DNA from: Octopus bimaculoides
Lineage: Eukaryota
DNA length: 64,000 nt
Assembly: GCF_001194135.2 (NCBI RefSeq)
Contig: NC_068982.1
Coordinates: 36,505,995 to 36,569,994 of the forward strand
Direction of reading: 5' to 3'
Shown in pieces: positions 25,340 to 39,744 of the stretch (within the stretch, counting starts at the first letter, position 1; each line of letters begins with the position of its first letter). The notes beneath the pieces are model-generated. The model worked only from the letters and a program-made list of their open reading frames with translations, did not search any database and was not told where the DNA came from. Both the position numbers and the translations under genes were made by a program.

Positions 25340-25830
25340 CAAGGGGTGCATGGAGGTCATGGAATTGGCTCCAGAAATGAGGAGGGAACAAGGCTGCTAG
25401 AGTTCTGTGAATCAAATGACCTAATGATTTGCAACACCAGCTTCAGTAAACCGGCCAGTCACTTGATAGCCTATAAATCTGGTGACATGCTAGTCAGATT
25501 GACTACATTCTCATCAGAAAGTGGATTCATGGCTGCTCATAAATGCTAAGTCCTTCCCTGGTGAAGAGTGTACCTCTCATCATAGGTTACTTGTTAGCGA
25601 CTTCAAACTGCAGGCACGAAGGATTCCAAGAAGCAAGCCAGTTTGGAAAAGAAAGATCTGGAAGCTTAAGGATCTGTTGAATAGATGGAGATTTAGGGAC
25701 TTCCTAAATGAAGCATTTGATGAAAAGGAGGAGGAGTTACATACTTGCAATATAGAGGATAGCTGGAATTTCCTACGTGGCAACTTACTGAGAGTCACAG
25801 ACCAAATTTGTGGGTGGTGCAAAGTCTTAT
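25340..25830 (+). mobile_element. RTE LINE apurinic-endonuclease fragment
   Basis: VHGGHGIGSRNEEGTRLLEFCESNDLMICNTSFSKPASHLIAYKSG, then after a frameshift LLINAKSFPGEECTSHHRLLVSDF...WKLKD. Confidence 0.9.
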
Positions 25831-27452
25831 AGTAGAAAGGATATTATACTATAGAATTTTGACCAGTATATAGGATAATTTTTTGATTGCTTTTTAGATT
25901 GTATAATTAGAGTTGTTCAGAGTGTGGATGTAAAATTTACAAAGTTTGAATCATTTGAAGAAAAACGAAATTACTGAAATTTCCTGTAAGCAGCTATAGT
26001 AGATTAATCCTATTATGTAAAGAATAATGAAAAAGATGTATGCTTCTATTAAAAGAAAGAGTGTTAATGAATATTCATAGAATATTTTCTTTTTCCTGTT
26101 AGATTCAAATTGTAGACAATGCTGCAAGAACTTGCAACTGCTTTTGTAGAAATAATTTTCAGTAAGTAACCAATAAAGTAAGAACTTACGAATTTTTTCA
26201 TGTATCATTAAGTTTATTTGCCATTTTGTCAAGCAGTTATCTTTTTTTAAAGCTCGGAAAATCTTTGATGAAATAATTCTGGATAACTTATAGACTTGCT
26301 TACTTGTGGCCTTTTTTCTGTCATGCTTATAAAGCAGGCAGTATGAAGCAAAGTAACACTTAAATTGAATTAGAGATGTATTTTTATGTTTTCTTTTTAT
26401 GCACTTACTTATATGTGCAATGGTATATTTTTACTAACATTTGGTATAGTATTTAGAATTGAGAGTCTACAAAAATATGTAGTTGAAAAAATATCAGAAG
26501 TATACAGTTGATATTTTTGAAGAATGTTATTCATAAGATAAAAAATCACAAAGTTTTTCTAAAATTAAAATAATAAAGTAGATTTATTACATTGTAAGTG
26601 TTAAAAAATAACTTACACAAACAAGAAAAGAATGTAATATGGTGCAAAACACATTTGTATAAAACTTATAGATTGTCTAAAACTGACAGAAAAAGATATA
26701 AATGATGATTGTAGTAGTACATTGATAAAAACAATAAGAATGAAGTTGATAATGATAACAGTAATGGTTGTGATGGTGATTGTGATGATGCTGATGATGA
26801 AGTGGAAGAAGAGGAGGATAAAATAAAAACAGAATGCATTCTAAGCAACAATAAACATGAAAACTAAAATAGAAAATCTTTCTCTGATTTTAACCTTTCT
26901 TTGAACTCATTTTTCAATGGAAAAATAAAGTACAATAAAATTTTAGTCTGCAAGTTAAATATTGATAAATCATATCTACAAACTTGTTCTGAAGAATGAA
27001 AGGTCGTTGAAAGTAACAACTATCTATGATGATAAAAGAATTGTATAGAATACTGATATTGATGTCAAGATGTGTTTGGAAATGGATAACAAGTGAACAT
27101 TTTTTTGGATTGGACAACGAGAATTCTTTATTTAGAAGATTGATATTTTGTGTCATGTATTTTATCTATATTTTAAAGTATTTTTTTTTCTTCCCCTGTT
27201 TGTAGAAAAGTTTGTTTTTGCCATTTTTCAAAATAAGCTTTTCATATATAAATTCAGAGCTGATTAGCTACCTCTCATAATATATTATTGGGTAGTAATC
27301 ATATATTATGAAATCATGTGTGTGCATGTGTAGATGTGTGTCAGCATGCTTGCATTTTTTTTAGAAAGCAAAAGAGGAAATATGAGGAATAGCTGGAAGT
27401 GGTGAGAAATATAGTTGAAGAATGTGACAACAGATCATAGGATGTTAGGTGA

Positions 27453-27514
<62 letters not shown>

Positions 27515-27524
27515 NNNNNNNNNN

Positions 27525-27563
<39 letters not shown>

Positions 27564-28925
27564 AATGCTACTGTTACAAAGAATGTTTATGTGAGTGTTT
27601 AATGAAACTTAGATATGTGTAAGCAATGCTAATAATTTCAAATAACATAATGCATAAAAATAACATTTCCCCTTCTGGTTTTAATAACTTCTTTCAATCA
27701 CAGAATGATGTTTGTACTTACATGCATTGCTGACTAATCTGTTTCATAGACTTTGAAACAAGACCAACAATTTATACGTCAGAATGGCTTATTAACTTCT
27801 ACATTTCCTAAATATATTTCTAGTAGCATGGAAATCCATGAAAATACATATTTTAAATGTTTATTTAGTCTTATATTTGTTTATAAATCTTCCTGTCTCT
27901 GAACTGTCTGTACATTATTTACTTTTCTACATAAATGTAATGTATGTGCTTTAGTTTTTGACTTTGTTCAAGCCATTGCAGTTGTAGTGATTGCTAAAAC
28001 AGTGCTTTCAAATATGTGTAACACACATGTTTAAGCATATACTTACACACATGTACATGCAAATATCTGTGTATATTAGATTGATTGATATTGTGCATAT
28101 ATGTATATGTATTATTTTTTAGCTATGCATTGGTCTGTGTCTTTCTGTCTGTATATCTGTCTGTATCATTGTAGATATTTTGGGGTAACTGTAGCTTTAA
28201 TGATAAATCACAAATGTCAAAGGTGTCAGTAAACTGACATTTTAAGTGCCATGTGATGTTGTGCAGAATGACTTTTTTATTATGATGGACCATAATCATT
28301 CTTTTTCAGCTTATTGGTCTACTTAGACAGTTCTTGGTTTCAAGCTTGTTACCTTAAATTTTTGTATTAAATTTCGATACCAATTTTGGTTTTTGGGGCT
28401 CTGTATGTGTATGGGAGTTGATAGTTTCTATTTGCTGGTAAATAGGAGACATTAAAAAGAGGGCCAATCATGACACTGTTCTGAAGAACTTTTTAGATTT
28501 ACTTCAAATTTACTTAATACTTCATTTGTTTCTTATTTCTTCTATATAGTTTCTTTTAACTAGGCACAAAGTTAGTTTTAGTGTGAAGTGGAGGATAACT
28601 GAATTGATTCTCATATGTATATTCTGTATTGTTTTTTTTTGTGGGGGGGAGCAGGGAATATTCCTGATCCACTGTTCTTTTACTTATCAGCATAGAGCAC
28701 CCCATCATAAAGCATTGGCTACAAGTGGTTGGAACATGTGGTTAGAATGAAAGATAAGAGAATTTGTTGTCAAATGCTTTTCAGTAAATTAACTACCAGG
28801 AAAAGACCATGACGAGGTCCTGAGAGCTAAAACAAGTAGTCAAAATCACTGGGATTGAGACTAAAACATGAGAAACTGAAACCCAGAATTGTTCCAACAG
28901 AATTTCCCAATTGGCCATACACACA

Positions 28926-30147
28926 CACATAACAGAAGTAAATAGACACCTTTATAATAATTAAAACTTCTTTAGATCTGAAATTATACAGTCAACTTAT
29001 TTATAAATTGTTATAATGGGAATATTTAATATTTAGTAGACATGCCCTTTGCATTTTTCAATGCAAGGACCCTATTAGGCATGTCACTGATCAAAGGACG
29101 AATATTTTCTTGTGTAATTTCATGCCAAGTTTCATGCAGTAATCTCAAAAGATCTGGCTTTGAAGATGTTTTCTCATTCATTTTATGAAGTATCCAGTCC
29201 ATTATGTCTCAGAAGTGTTCAATAGAGTTCATATCCGGTGACTGGCTTGACCATGGAAGCTTTTTAATGCGATTCTCATCCAACAAATCTTGGGTCATAT
29301 TAGCCATATGACAAATGATAAATAAAGTCTTCTTTAATCATTTCACCCCTGGAGAAGATTGGAAGGAGTTGTTTCTGCAATATGGACACATATGCATCTG
29401 AGTTTATGTTTCCCTCATGCTCCACCAGCTCTAATCAACAATTGCTCCAAATTACTCCCCAGATCATCACAGAATAGCTGCCATGTTTCATTATTGGTTG
29501 CAATGTTTTCACATCAAATTCTTGGTCACAGAACCTCCAGACTCACACTCAACCACTGTCAGGAAATACAGCAAATCTGGACTCATCAGAGAATATGACA
29601 GTGTCCCAAAATGCTAATCTCCACCATCTCACTGGTCCAATCTTTTCTCTGCTTGATGGCTAGTCAAAAAGTGGCTTCCTTCTTGCTGCTCTGCCATAGT
29701 AACCAAGTTTGTGAAGATATCTGACAGCTGTTCTGGGATTGACATCAACTTGTTCTGCTATATCAGAGGATTGCAATGAGGATTATCCTCTACACTTCTC
29801 TTAGCAAAGAGAAGAGTCCTGCCAGAGGGCCCTGGTTGATCTGGGTGAGGTGATGTGGACTCTTCCGCTCTCTTGTGAATTGCACAATCACTCTATTAAC
29901 TGTAGAAAGCAGGAACCCAAGGTTTTCTGTGATTTTACACTGATTATGTCCACCTTCAGAATGACCCACAGTATGGACTCTTTGAAATTCAGAAATTCCA
30001 AGGCGTCTTTTGTACATGGCATGATTAAACAGTCACTTATAGAACCTGAAACATAAAAATGTCAATTAATAAAAATGTAAACCATTACAAGCTAGAATAA
30101 ACATAAAAACGATGTTTTATTGGTTGTTTGTTTACTTCTGTCATGTG
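28926..30147 (-). mobile_element. Tc1-family DNA transposon, full length (~1.22 kb), decayed transposase
   Basis: TIRs cacataacagaagtaaa (28926) and the reverse complement cacatgacagaagtaaa (ending 30147) match at 16/17, with TA to the right. The transposase shows an HTH (ITENLGFLLSTVNRVI), GGS.VMIWG, and decayed W..QSPD.N.IEH motifs. Confidence 0.85.
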
Positions 30148-30371
30148 TATATATATATATATATATANNNNNNNNNNNNNNNNNNNNNNNNNNNNNNNNN
30201 NNNNNNNNNNNNNNNNNNNNNNNNNNNNNNNNNNNNNNNNNNNNNNNNNNNNNNNNNNNNNNNNNNNNNNNNNNNNNNNNNNNNNNNNNNNNNNNNNNNN
30301 NNNNNNNNNNNNNNNNNNNNNNNNNNNNNNNNNNNNNNNNNNNNNNNNNNNNNNNNNNNNNNNNNNNNNNN

Positions 30372-30429
<58 letters not shown>

Positions 30430-31492
30430 TATGTAACATTTAAAATTATATTAGAAATGTTAAGTCAGAAATTTTTGAAGTGGACCAATATCTTCACCAA
30501 AATTAAAGAGAATGCTAAGGAGATTTTTAATATCTTTTTATAGATTATACAAAGGAGAATTGGCAAATAAATGGCTAATATTAATATGACTCTCTCTGTG
30601 AGTGGTTAATAATTTAAACAAATATTACTAAAATTTCAGACAATAAGTCATATATTTTAAAGTAATTGAAGAAATTTTGCAAAAGTACAGCAGTTGACTG
30701 ACTTATTGTTTGAATACACTTTAAAAGCATCTTGGCTTTTAGATAGTAGTCTGCTCTCATTTTATTAAATAAATTTAGAAGAAAGAAAGATACTCACTGA
30801 GAGACCAATACACATGCAAATAAAAACATATGCACACCTAACCAAACAGACCCAAAAAGGCACACTGTTGTTCCTATTAGAGTTACTGTGACCTAACCTA
30901 CAATTGTTACTCTTCTTGATAAAGAACTGCATATCAATTAAGCATTTTCTATGAATTAGAGCAGTTTGCTTTGCACCTTAAAATAGAATTCCCACTCTAA
31001 GCAAAATAATAATAATAACAATATTAATTGAAAGTGTCAAAACACTGAATGAAGCTGTAAATTGTTGAAGTCACGTTTTCAGTGCTCTGTGTTGGAAATC
31101 AATCAAATTCATTATCGGCACACATTCATATGCACATTTAAACATGTCTGCGTATGTACGCCTCTGTTCTGAACTGGAATGCATGACTATATACACAAAT
31201 TGTTACACCTAACAAATGTAAAGCTGTAGGTAGCAAATGAGTTAAAAATAAAATAGAAGTCATGTTTTATTGAAACTGAATGTGTGATAAAGAACTGAAA
31301 AATTACATGGAGATGTTATATCAATATGGATTTTTCTTCCTTTGGTTGTATATTCACATATATTTCTAATTATATACATATATGCTTATAGCATACAATA
31401 CATAAATATATATATAAATATTGACATGTATGATATATGTATGAGTTTAGTAATAATATATATATATACACATGTATACACACACACACACA

Positions 31493-31539
<47 letters not shown>

Positions 31540-32299
31540 ACACATGTATGTATACATGTATAACAATATCATCATTTATGTTTTATTTCTATGGTACCAG
31601 CTGTATGGTTTCAACTGTTTTAAACATCACTTAGCTACTCAAATTTTAAATCAATCAAAATCTACCCCCTAATGAGGCCATAGTTGGTGGGGTGTCATGG
31701 TATCATGTTACAAGACAAAACAAATTCATTTGCTACCTTTTAACAATCGCGAAGTATACTCATTATAGGGGTCATAGAACAGGACAAGAGGTTTTGTAAT
31801 GCTAAGTTTCCCTCACATGTTAAGTAATCTGAGCATGTAATAAAATTATCAATAGCATTGAATCAATTAGTTATACTTTTCTACCCTTCTTACATTTTTT
31901 TTTTCAGTTGGTTTGGTCTGAATGAAAGTACTGTGTTCATGGCTTTCCAAGACCTCTGATTTCTGTGTGATTAATGTTTTTAACATTCCTCTTGTACATT
32001 AAAAGTCTTCCCTTAAGAGAAAATAAAAAAAATTACCCCTCAGGAATAAATCCTATCAAGTTAAGAGATATTCTAAGTTTACAGTCATTTTAAATACGTT
32101 TATGCTGACAAGATATTTTCATGCACTACAAAGCCATTTTCTGTAGATTTATATCTATTGTCATAATATTTAATTTATATGTGATGACATATTTTTAACT
32201 GTTAGTGCTTTCTTTTTATTTACTGTTATCCTATCTGTCTTCAGTGATGTCTCATATTTAACTTGCTAAGCTCCTGTTACTGCAAGTTTTCAGAGCTTC

Positions 32300-33800
32300 C
32301 CAGATGATGAGATCAATATACTTTGCGCTGAACATCTGTAAATCAATGTTTACAAGAAAAATTGTGGATGAGGAGAGAATTTCAGAGGATTAACATTCTG
32401 GAAAAAACTGGATGAAGTGGTTAGTATGGAGTTTGTAATGTAAAACATTATAGGAATGATGAGAGGAGGAGATAGGTATGTCAGTTAGGCATGGCTGGAG
32501 CTGGCATTCAACTAACTAGTTCAGAGAAGCAGAAGCTATTGTAGTTGTGAAAGAAGAGTCAAATAAGCAAACAATAGATCTGTAGGGAAGAAGTTGTAGT
32601 GTCTTTTCCATTCATTTGGCATTTTGGATGCAGTCTAGTATGTTTGCTTGAGGAGTTACAATGCCATTCCATATTTGGGAGTAGTACTGAGTGTCTCACT
32701 TGATCTTTGTAGAGAGTTACTAACAGACTAAAGCTGAAATATTTTTAGTTTTTGAAATGTAGTTTTAACCATATTATATGTTTTGGATTACCAAGGAAGC
32801 TTACCAGAAATTGTGAGTCTTCAAATATAGTTTAAGCAGTATTATGTCATCATAAAGGATAACTGGAAATTGAAGCTCTCAAAATTGTTGCCATTTGTAG
32901 TGACTCTGAAGGCTTTAATTATGTATTGTTCATGACTAGAAGTGGTAAGGTATAATATTGTGCCTCTCATATGAGCAGTGGTTGTGTCTTTGTGCTGTTG
33001 AAAGAGATGTAATTGTTAAGGAGGCTGTTTTCAAAGTTTCTGTTCATAGAAATAACCCAAGTTTGGTGTAAAGTGTTGATGATATGTGGGTGTAGAAGAC
33101 TATTGTGGAGGGAAGAGCATTGCAGTGAGCATTGTTAGAGGTGATAGGTAGCTGGTCTCTAATGTATAGAAGGAATAGTGAGGGGAAACATGGCTAAACT
33201 TTTGTTATTCACAAGATTTGAAAGAGTATGGGTCAGTAAGAGTACTGTCATCACACACTGTTATGGTATGATCTGATCTGACAAAATCTTACAATTCAAA
33301 GAGAAAAGATGGGTTAAGTTTATCAATGGCCAGTTTAACTATGATTCTCTCATGCCAGATATAATGCTTTAGGGATCAAGGACCACTTGTGAGTGATCTA
33401 GAAGAACAGATGCCAAGTAGATCTGGATCAATGGAATCCATACTTGTGGTCACTGAGGAGAGAGAGTAAGTCATAGTCTTGAACAAAGTGAGTGTTGGTG
33501 CTAGAGCACACTGTTTGAGGGAAATGGATAGAACATTGTTATGGTTTGGAGACTTGTTGGCTTGAAGGAATCAGATGTGTCACCCTTTGGTGTGTGTGTG
33601 TGTGTGTGCTTGATGGTGAGAATAATTGAGTGGAAAAGGAAAAATTTAGTGGAGATTTGCCAAGTGTGTGCAACTGAACAACAAGTGGGGAAGCTTTCTC
33701 CATGAGTGTACAGCCTACAGATCCATCATAATATAGGAGTGATGTGTAGAAGGACAGTGCAGTGGTGGTAGATATCCTTTTGAAGGTAAGGTCCTGTATG
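32300..33800 (-). mobile_element. Degenerate CR1/L2-group (Crack/Daphne-like) LINE RT and C-terminus
   Basis: Broken minus frames give DDSTL (YADD motif), LYKDQVR, LDCIQNA and NSL.SSTIFLVNIDLQMF (LWNSLP...DLQ.FK terminus). Confidence 0.6.
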
Positions 33801-33829
33801 GGGGCATGCACCATTGCTGTACATCACTG

Positions 33830-34370
33830 CATCCTCCATTTATTGGTATCTACTCAGGCTGTCGGGGCAATCCTTCAAGCAGTGCCCCAGTTATTTCCCA
33901 TCTCCATGAAATACTTCCTCATCCACCAAAACCATGAAGTATATGGCCAACCAACAAGAGCTGTCACCCCAGCTGGATCCTCAAAGAAGAGAACATGGTA
34001 TACAAGATCCAACTCAGAAAGTCAAGGTACATGACCAGCCTATTCGAGCTGATGCTTCTGGGTCAAACAAATAACAGGACACAACCCGGTTTCTGAGTAT
34101 AGTTTTGGTTAAATATGAAATCTGAGCAATAGTAGCCTGTCATCCTGTGGAGTCTCTGGGTACCAAAGGAGTTCAGACAGACCCTAAGGAGTCTGGACAA
34201 TGTCCAAGTCATGCAACTGTAGAACAAAGCAGGGTGGACCGCAGACCTGAAGACCTGAACCTTTGTCCTCCTATTCAGGTATTGGCAGTACCAAATAATC
34301 TTGTCTAGTGAGTCCACAACTGCACCAGCACACCTAAGTCTTTTTAAGACTTCAGACTCAGCTAATGTTG
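33830..34370 (-). mobile_element. RTE LINE RT C-terminal fragment
   Basis: ESEVLKRLRCAGAVVDSLDKIIWYCQYLNRRTKVQVFRSAVHPALFYSCMTWTL (ORF 34063-34317) matches the RTE E...RI..A..A...L...W....L...TK..V....V...L.Y..E.WT pattern. Confidence 0.85.
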
Positions 34371-36399
34371 CTATGATTTATGCTGCTGAGATAAATGAAG
34401 GGGCTAAGAATTTCAACATTCTCTGTTGCAAGTCTCTTTTGATGGATTAGTTACAATTTGGGAGACAAGAAGACTTGCAAGCAATGCAAGTGCCTCAAGA
34501 TTTCTGTAATTCTAATGATTGCAGGTGTCAATGCAAAAGGTATTTATCTCTACACTTATCCAAACTAAGATATGTAAAATTAACTCTTCAAGAACCCATT
34601 AGAGTGCACACTATGATTTTGAATGAACATCCTATGATACCAAGCTTTATCTACTTAGTTTTTTCCTCTGCACACATGACATACAAGCACACACCCTCTC
34701 ATCTCTTATGTATTTATTAACTTAGTGATCAGCTGTTCTCTTCCAGCAGGATTTATGTAAATATTGCTGTTAAACACAATAACTAATATACTGTCTGTCT
34801 GTGATTGTCATTGTTTAAGTTAATTAACAAAATGCATTCATTTGAAAAATATTATTCTATTCTATGTACAAAAGTTTATATATTCTGTTGAAATGACTAG
34901 ATTTCTGAAGTAGCAAGGCTTCGTGCTGCAATTTCTTATTACATTAATTTTAGTAGCACAACAGTTTGATAGTAGCTTTGAAGAAATTTGTTGTAACAAG
35001 CATGTAAGATATAGTGGAAACTTACATGAAATGCTTCATAACTTTATCAATGTTATTTCAAAGTTTTTTTTTTTTATTTATTTACGCAGTTGACACAGAT
35101 ACTCTACTTGTATATATTTTTGTTAGAAAAGAAATCTTCAATATTTAGTTAATGACAATTTTTATAATTTTTTCCTTCTACATTCTATTGAATATATCTG
35201 AAATTTATTCTTTATTGTTTTATTTTATGTTTTTATTTTAGTCTTTTTTACATTCCTACATCAATTCTTAACTTTCACTCTTATAGTTTTTTCCAGCTTT
35301 CCAATGCAAATTTTTTCCTTTGGATTTTCTGCTTTTATTTTTCTTAACAAGATTTTACTGTTCATCTATCAAAAGTTAATATATAAGAGTCTAAAAAATT
35401 CCTTGTCCAGAAGTCACATAACCAAAATCTCTCAAATGTCAACTCATTTTTATTCTAATGTTAACAAAGAAAGAAGATATGACTTTTGCTTTCTGTTAGC
35501 TTGACAAACAATTTCTCTCACTTCTGTATGTCATGACAGCTCAAACAACTAAGAGCTGTAATAAGATGAATCAACTGTTATTGTAAGTAGAACTAAACAA
35601 TAATTTGATTCAATTTTAAGTAAGATTACTATGACTCTACCAACAAACAAACAAATCAAAAGGTTAAAGTGATATATCAATTGACATCTTCCAAATCTTC
35701 TCACTTTCAAAAGGTGCAGACTAGTTTCATATATTCTAAAGTATTTTAGGTCATACTTGGGTTTCATATTACTTCTAACCCCCACCTGCACTCTCCAGTT
35801 TTTCTATACTCTTCATTTCCTTTCAACTACATTTACTTTCTATTTCAATCGTCTCCCCTCACCGTCTTTTTCTTTCGACCCACACCTTTTTCCTCTTTGT
35901 TTCACTTCCTTTCTCATATACACTTATAGATAAAAACATAAGACATTCACAGTTTTCCCTCTCTTATACAAATATGCATCACACACATAAAAACCAGATA
36001 ATCTTTATCAATAAACAAAGATGTGGTCAGTGGTTTCAATACAGAACACACACACCTTTGTGAATGAAAATCAATACCATCCTTATCTGAATACTTGATG
36101 TCTCTTATATTGACCAGCTTAGGTACTTATCTCAACTAGCTGTTATATATTTTCTTTGTTATAATTGTCTCTTCATTTCCACTCGAAACACTATTCTTCA
36201 AAATACTTTTCAAACAAATATTTGTATAACTTTTATCTGTCTGTTTTCTCTCCTTATCACTGATACCTGGTGGTAGATCCTGATTTCTTCACGCTCATAG
36301 TTTATATTACTAAGGAATTAATTTTCTCTTCAAGAAGTGATAGATTGCTGTTCTAAACGCATAACTTTTTAATTATATCCTTCAATATTATGAGTTCAA

Positions 36400-36720
36400 A
36401 TGAGGCAGTGAACTAGCAGAATTGTTAGCATGTTGGACAAAATGCTTAGCAGCATTTCATCAACCTTTACATTCTGAGTTCAAATTCTACCAAGGTCGAC
36501 TTTGCCTTTATTCCTTCTGGAGTCAATAAAATAAGATCTAGGGTTGATGTAATTGACTTACTGCCCCCACCCAACTTTCTAGCCTTGTGTCAAACTTTGA
36601 AACCAATATCATGAGTTCAAATCCTGCTGGAATCAATTTTACTTTTCATCTCTCTGAGGGTTGATAAAATAAATATTAGTCATCTATTTTAGTGAATTTT
36701 AGTAGACAATATTCTTCCCT
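36400..36720 (+). mobile_element. Family B SINE followed by a partial tandem copy
   Basis: Homology to 14395-14612; a second 'atgagttcaaat...tttcatc' starts at about 36611. Confidence 0.75.
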
Positions 36721-36879
36721 ATATATTTCTAGTTTTGTATCAAAAATTATTGTATGGCCCTGGATATTGTAGTGTTAAGTGTCAGATTCATGTCATGTCT
36801 GTAAATCTAGAAACAGTAAATCGCATGTTGTGTTCTTTAACTGTCATTGTAGTTCCAATGATGTTGGGTGAAAATCTAT

Positions 36880-37530
36880 TTAAGGTACTGTATAGGGTAT
36901 AGCCTTATGAGTCCTGGGGGTTCATAACAGATCTAAGCCTTGTGTTCAACAACAATCGCTTCTTTTTCTGGTTTCTGCACCACAGTGAGTTAAACCACAT
37001 ATTCATACTTATTTTCTTCAACAACTTCCTGAGTTACCTCTTTCCATTGATTTGCATGACTCCAGTTAGCACAAGTAGGTCTTTATGCTCTGCTCCTGGT
37101 ATTATATTCAGTTAATTACTGTATTTTCCTTTAGACTTTGGTTGTATGGTCATAACTTTACATTCTTTTCCACTCCTCACACTCATTCATTTCATATTTA
37201 AACCTTTTATTCCTACCTTGTTACCTGGTTTTTCAGTCCAATCTTTTAAGCCAGCAATAGTATCATTGATTTCCTTATTCTCATTAAAATCTTCTTGATC
37301 CAGGACTTCACTTTTCTCATTAGGAAGATATTCATACTCTTTGTTCATGACACTGATTTTTCAGTGATCTCCAATATCCTAAAATCTGATCTCACCAATG
37401 TTTTCTATGTCTTCTTTGGCCTTCTGCTACAGGTATTCCATACTCTCTGAGTCAGGCACTTTTTCACCTGGCACCCATTATTTAATACATTATATGATCA
37501 TTATCACCTTGATTATCTTTCCTGCATACA
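36880..37530 (-). mobile_element. Possible very old LINE remnant (RTE-like)
   Basis: Purine-rich minus strand with scattered endonuclease-like words (DQILG, EDFNE, IIPGAEHKDLLV) and no continuous frame. Confidence 0.3.
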
Positions 37531-38914
37531 TTGACTAGTGACGGAACATAGTGGTTAGGGTGTTCCACTCATGATGTTGCAATCATGGTTTCGATTGGGT
37601 GGTGTATTTTGCTTTTGATGTTGCTTCAGTCCACTCAGCTGAGAATGAGTAACCCTGCGGCATATCGGTGTCTCATTCAGAGGGAATGTTGTGAACTTGA
37701 TCACTTGTATGCCATGGAAACTGAGTGACCGACCCTATGGTTCTAGGACTTGAAACAGTACTTATAATAATATATGTACACTGGCTAATACCTTTGATGC
37801 CTAGCTGTTCAGTTGTGCTTTCATTTTTGTGCAAGTGTATTTTACACCCTCAATAGACCATTATTAATTCAATTCTCTCTACCATCTGAAGATCTTATAC
37901 ATCAAATGTCTAAGTCTCGCTACTATGTAGTTTCACATTCATTATACATGCTTCACACAGATAGCTTTTAAATTAAAAGAGAAACTCTTTGTTACCAGAA
38001 GAAGTAACAGCTTCCTGTTCATTGTGGTGTGAAGTTTGAAATCAAGAGAACAGGAAAATGTCTAAAGAATATGTATTGAAGAAGACAAGATAAGCAAATA
38101 TTACCATTAGTTGTTGAATAAATGGCCTTATCAACTAAAAGCTAAAAGACTGAAATAATAATGTGTCAAGGAAGGAGTGGAGGTTCATGGCTGTCTGCAC
38201 CTGGAGGCATGTTACATGAAGAAGAGGATAACTAAATTAGATTCAAGCTCAGGAAAAACGTTGAATGTGTTTGTTTGAACCAAAATAATTAGACTTAACA
38301 TAGCAATATAATTGATGTTTGTAATTCCTTGTTTCATGTCTGTACAGAGATGAGTAGTTCCTTTCAAAACTATTGTTGGTGTACAGAGATGTTGTTGTTG
38401 TTGTTACTTAGTTTAGTTCTGTTCTGATTGAGTAAACTTATGTTCAAAGACATTTCCTTTTGACAATGCTGTCTTTTTTTCTGTGTGCAGAACCCAAGAC
38501 TAATATTCAATATCTGCTTTGAGGGAGATTTGACTGCTATTTCTAGCTGGTTAAATGACTTGATAGTATGATTTTGATTGTGGTGAGGTGATGTTACTAA
38601 TGATGAAATATCTGTGCTTGTGTATGTGTGTGTTTGTATGCATGCGTATATTAGATGATACGTGTGTATGTATGTATAGATTATAAGAATACTCCTTAAT
38701 ATATACGTCATTCTATTTATTTTGTAGTTTCAGTTCCATACAACATTCACATACTTATGGATACATTGCACACAAAACACATACATTTGCTTTCTTCTAT
38801 CTGTCTTTCTCTCTTTCTGTCTCTTTCTGTCTCTCTCTGTATATATATATATATATATATATAATGTATGTATGTATGTATGTATATCTATCTATCTATC
38901 AATCNNNNNNNNNN

Positions 38915-38980
<66 letters not shown>

Positions 38981-39706
38981 ATATCTATCTATCTATCTAT
39001 CGATCTCTCCCTCTAATCATAGGTCTGGGCATCCCATTTTCGTACTAAAATTGAGATAAAATCTTAGACAGAATACAATTATTAATAGATTTTTTAAAAA
39101 CTACATCCTGAAACATCTGAAATAAAATGCAAATTATAGAAGTGAAATGAACTTTGACAAACGTATATATAAAAGCATTTCAGTCAGATATGTTGAGACA
39201 AATAAATAATAGAAAACGTAATGATAATATTTGCAGAGATAGCTATGAATAATATGTTAACATATACTGTTTTGTGTCTCTAATATTTGGTCTTGTTATT
39301 TTTATGGCATTGTTGCCTTCATATTGAGATATAAAACTAACAAAAATGCAATTTAAAATCAATAAGTAAGTTACATGATACAATACCTACAAAAGGTGAA
39401 TAAAATTCTGAGTATATGGTGTAGAAATAATTTGTTTCACTCATTTATTACTATGACGATATTTTTATTACTAAATATTCCAAAATACACAATGAGGATA
39501 TTGTTCTCCTCAATGATAAACTGATATTTATATGCAGACACCTTTCTCTGTAATTTTTCTTTCTATTTTTCTTTGTCTTTCCTTTTATGTCGCATATGCA
39601 CACATCCCAACACTTACAAATTAACACATATACTCTGTTGCACACACATACTCTCTCTCTCTTTCTTTCTCTCTCTCTCTTTCTTTCTCTCTCTCTCTTT
39701 CTCTTG

Positions 39707-39744
<38 letters not shown>

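Noticed and set aside
32295-32338. Plus-strand candidate exon SFPDDEINILCAEHL, phase-compatible with 40200-40261
   Set aside because: It is the antisense of the CR1/L2-like LINE C-terminus (NIDLQMF...IDLII), so the splice-like signals are probably coincidental.
38489-38565. Candidate exon NPRLIFNICFEGDLTAISSWLNDLI with a good acceptor
   Set aside because: EGDLTAISSW preceded by a (F)DN motif resembles the LINE RT segment after YADD (L..DL..IS.W), so it is more likely a LINE scrap.
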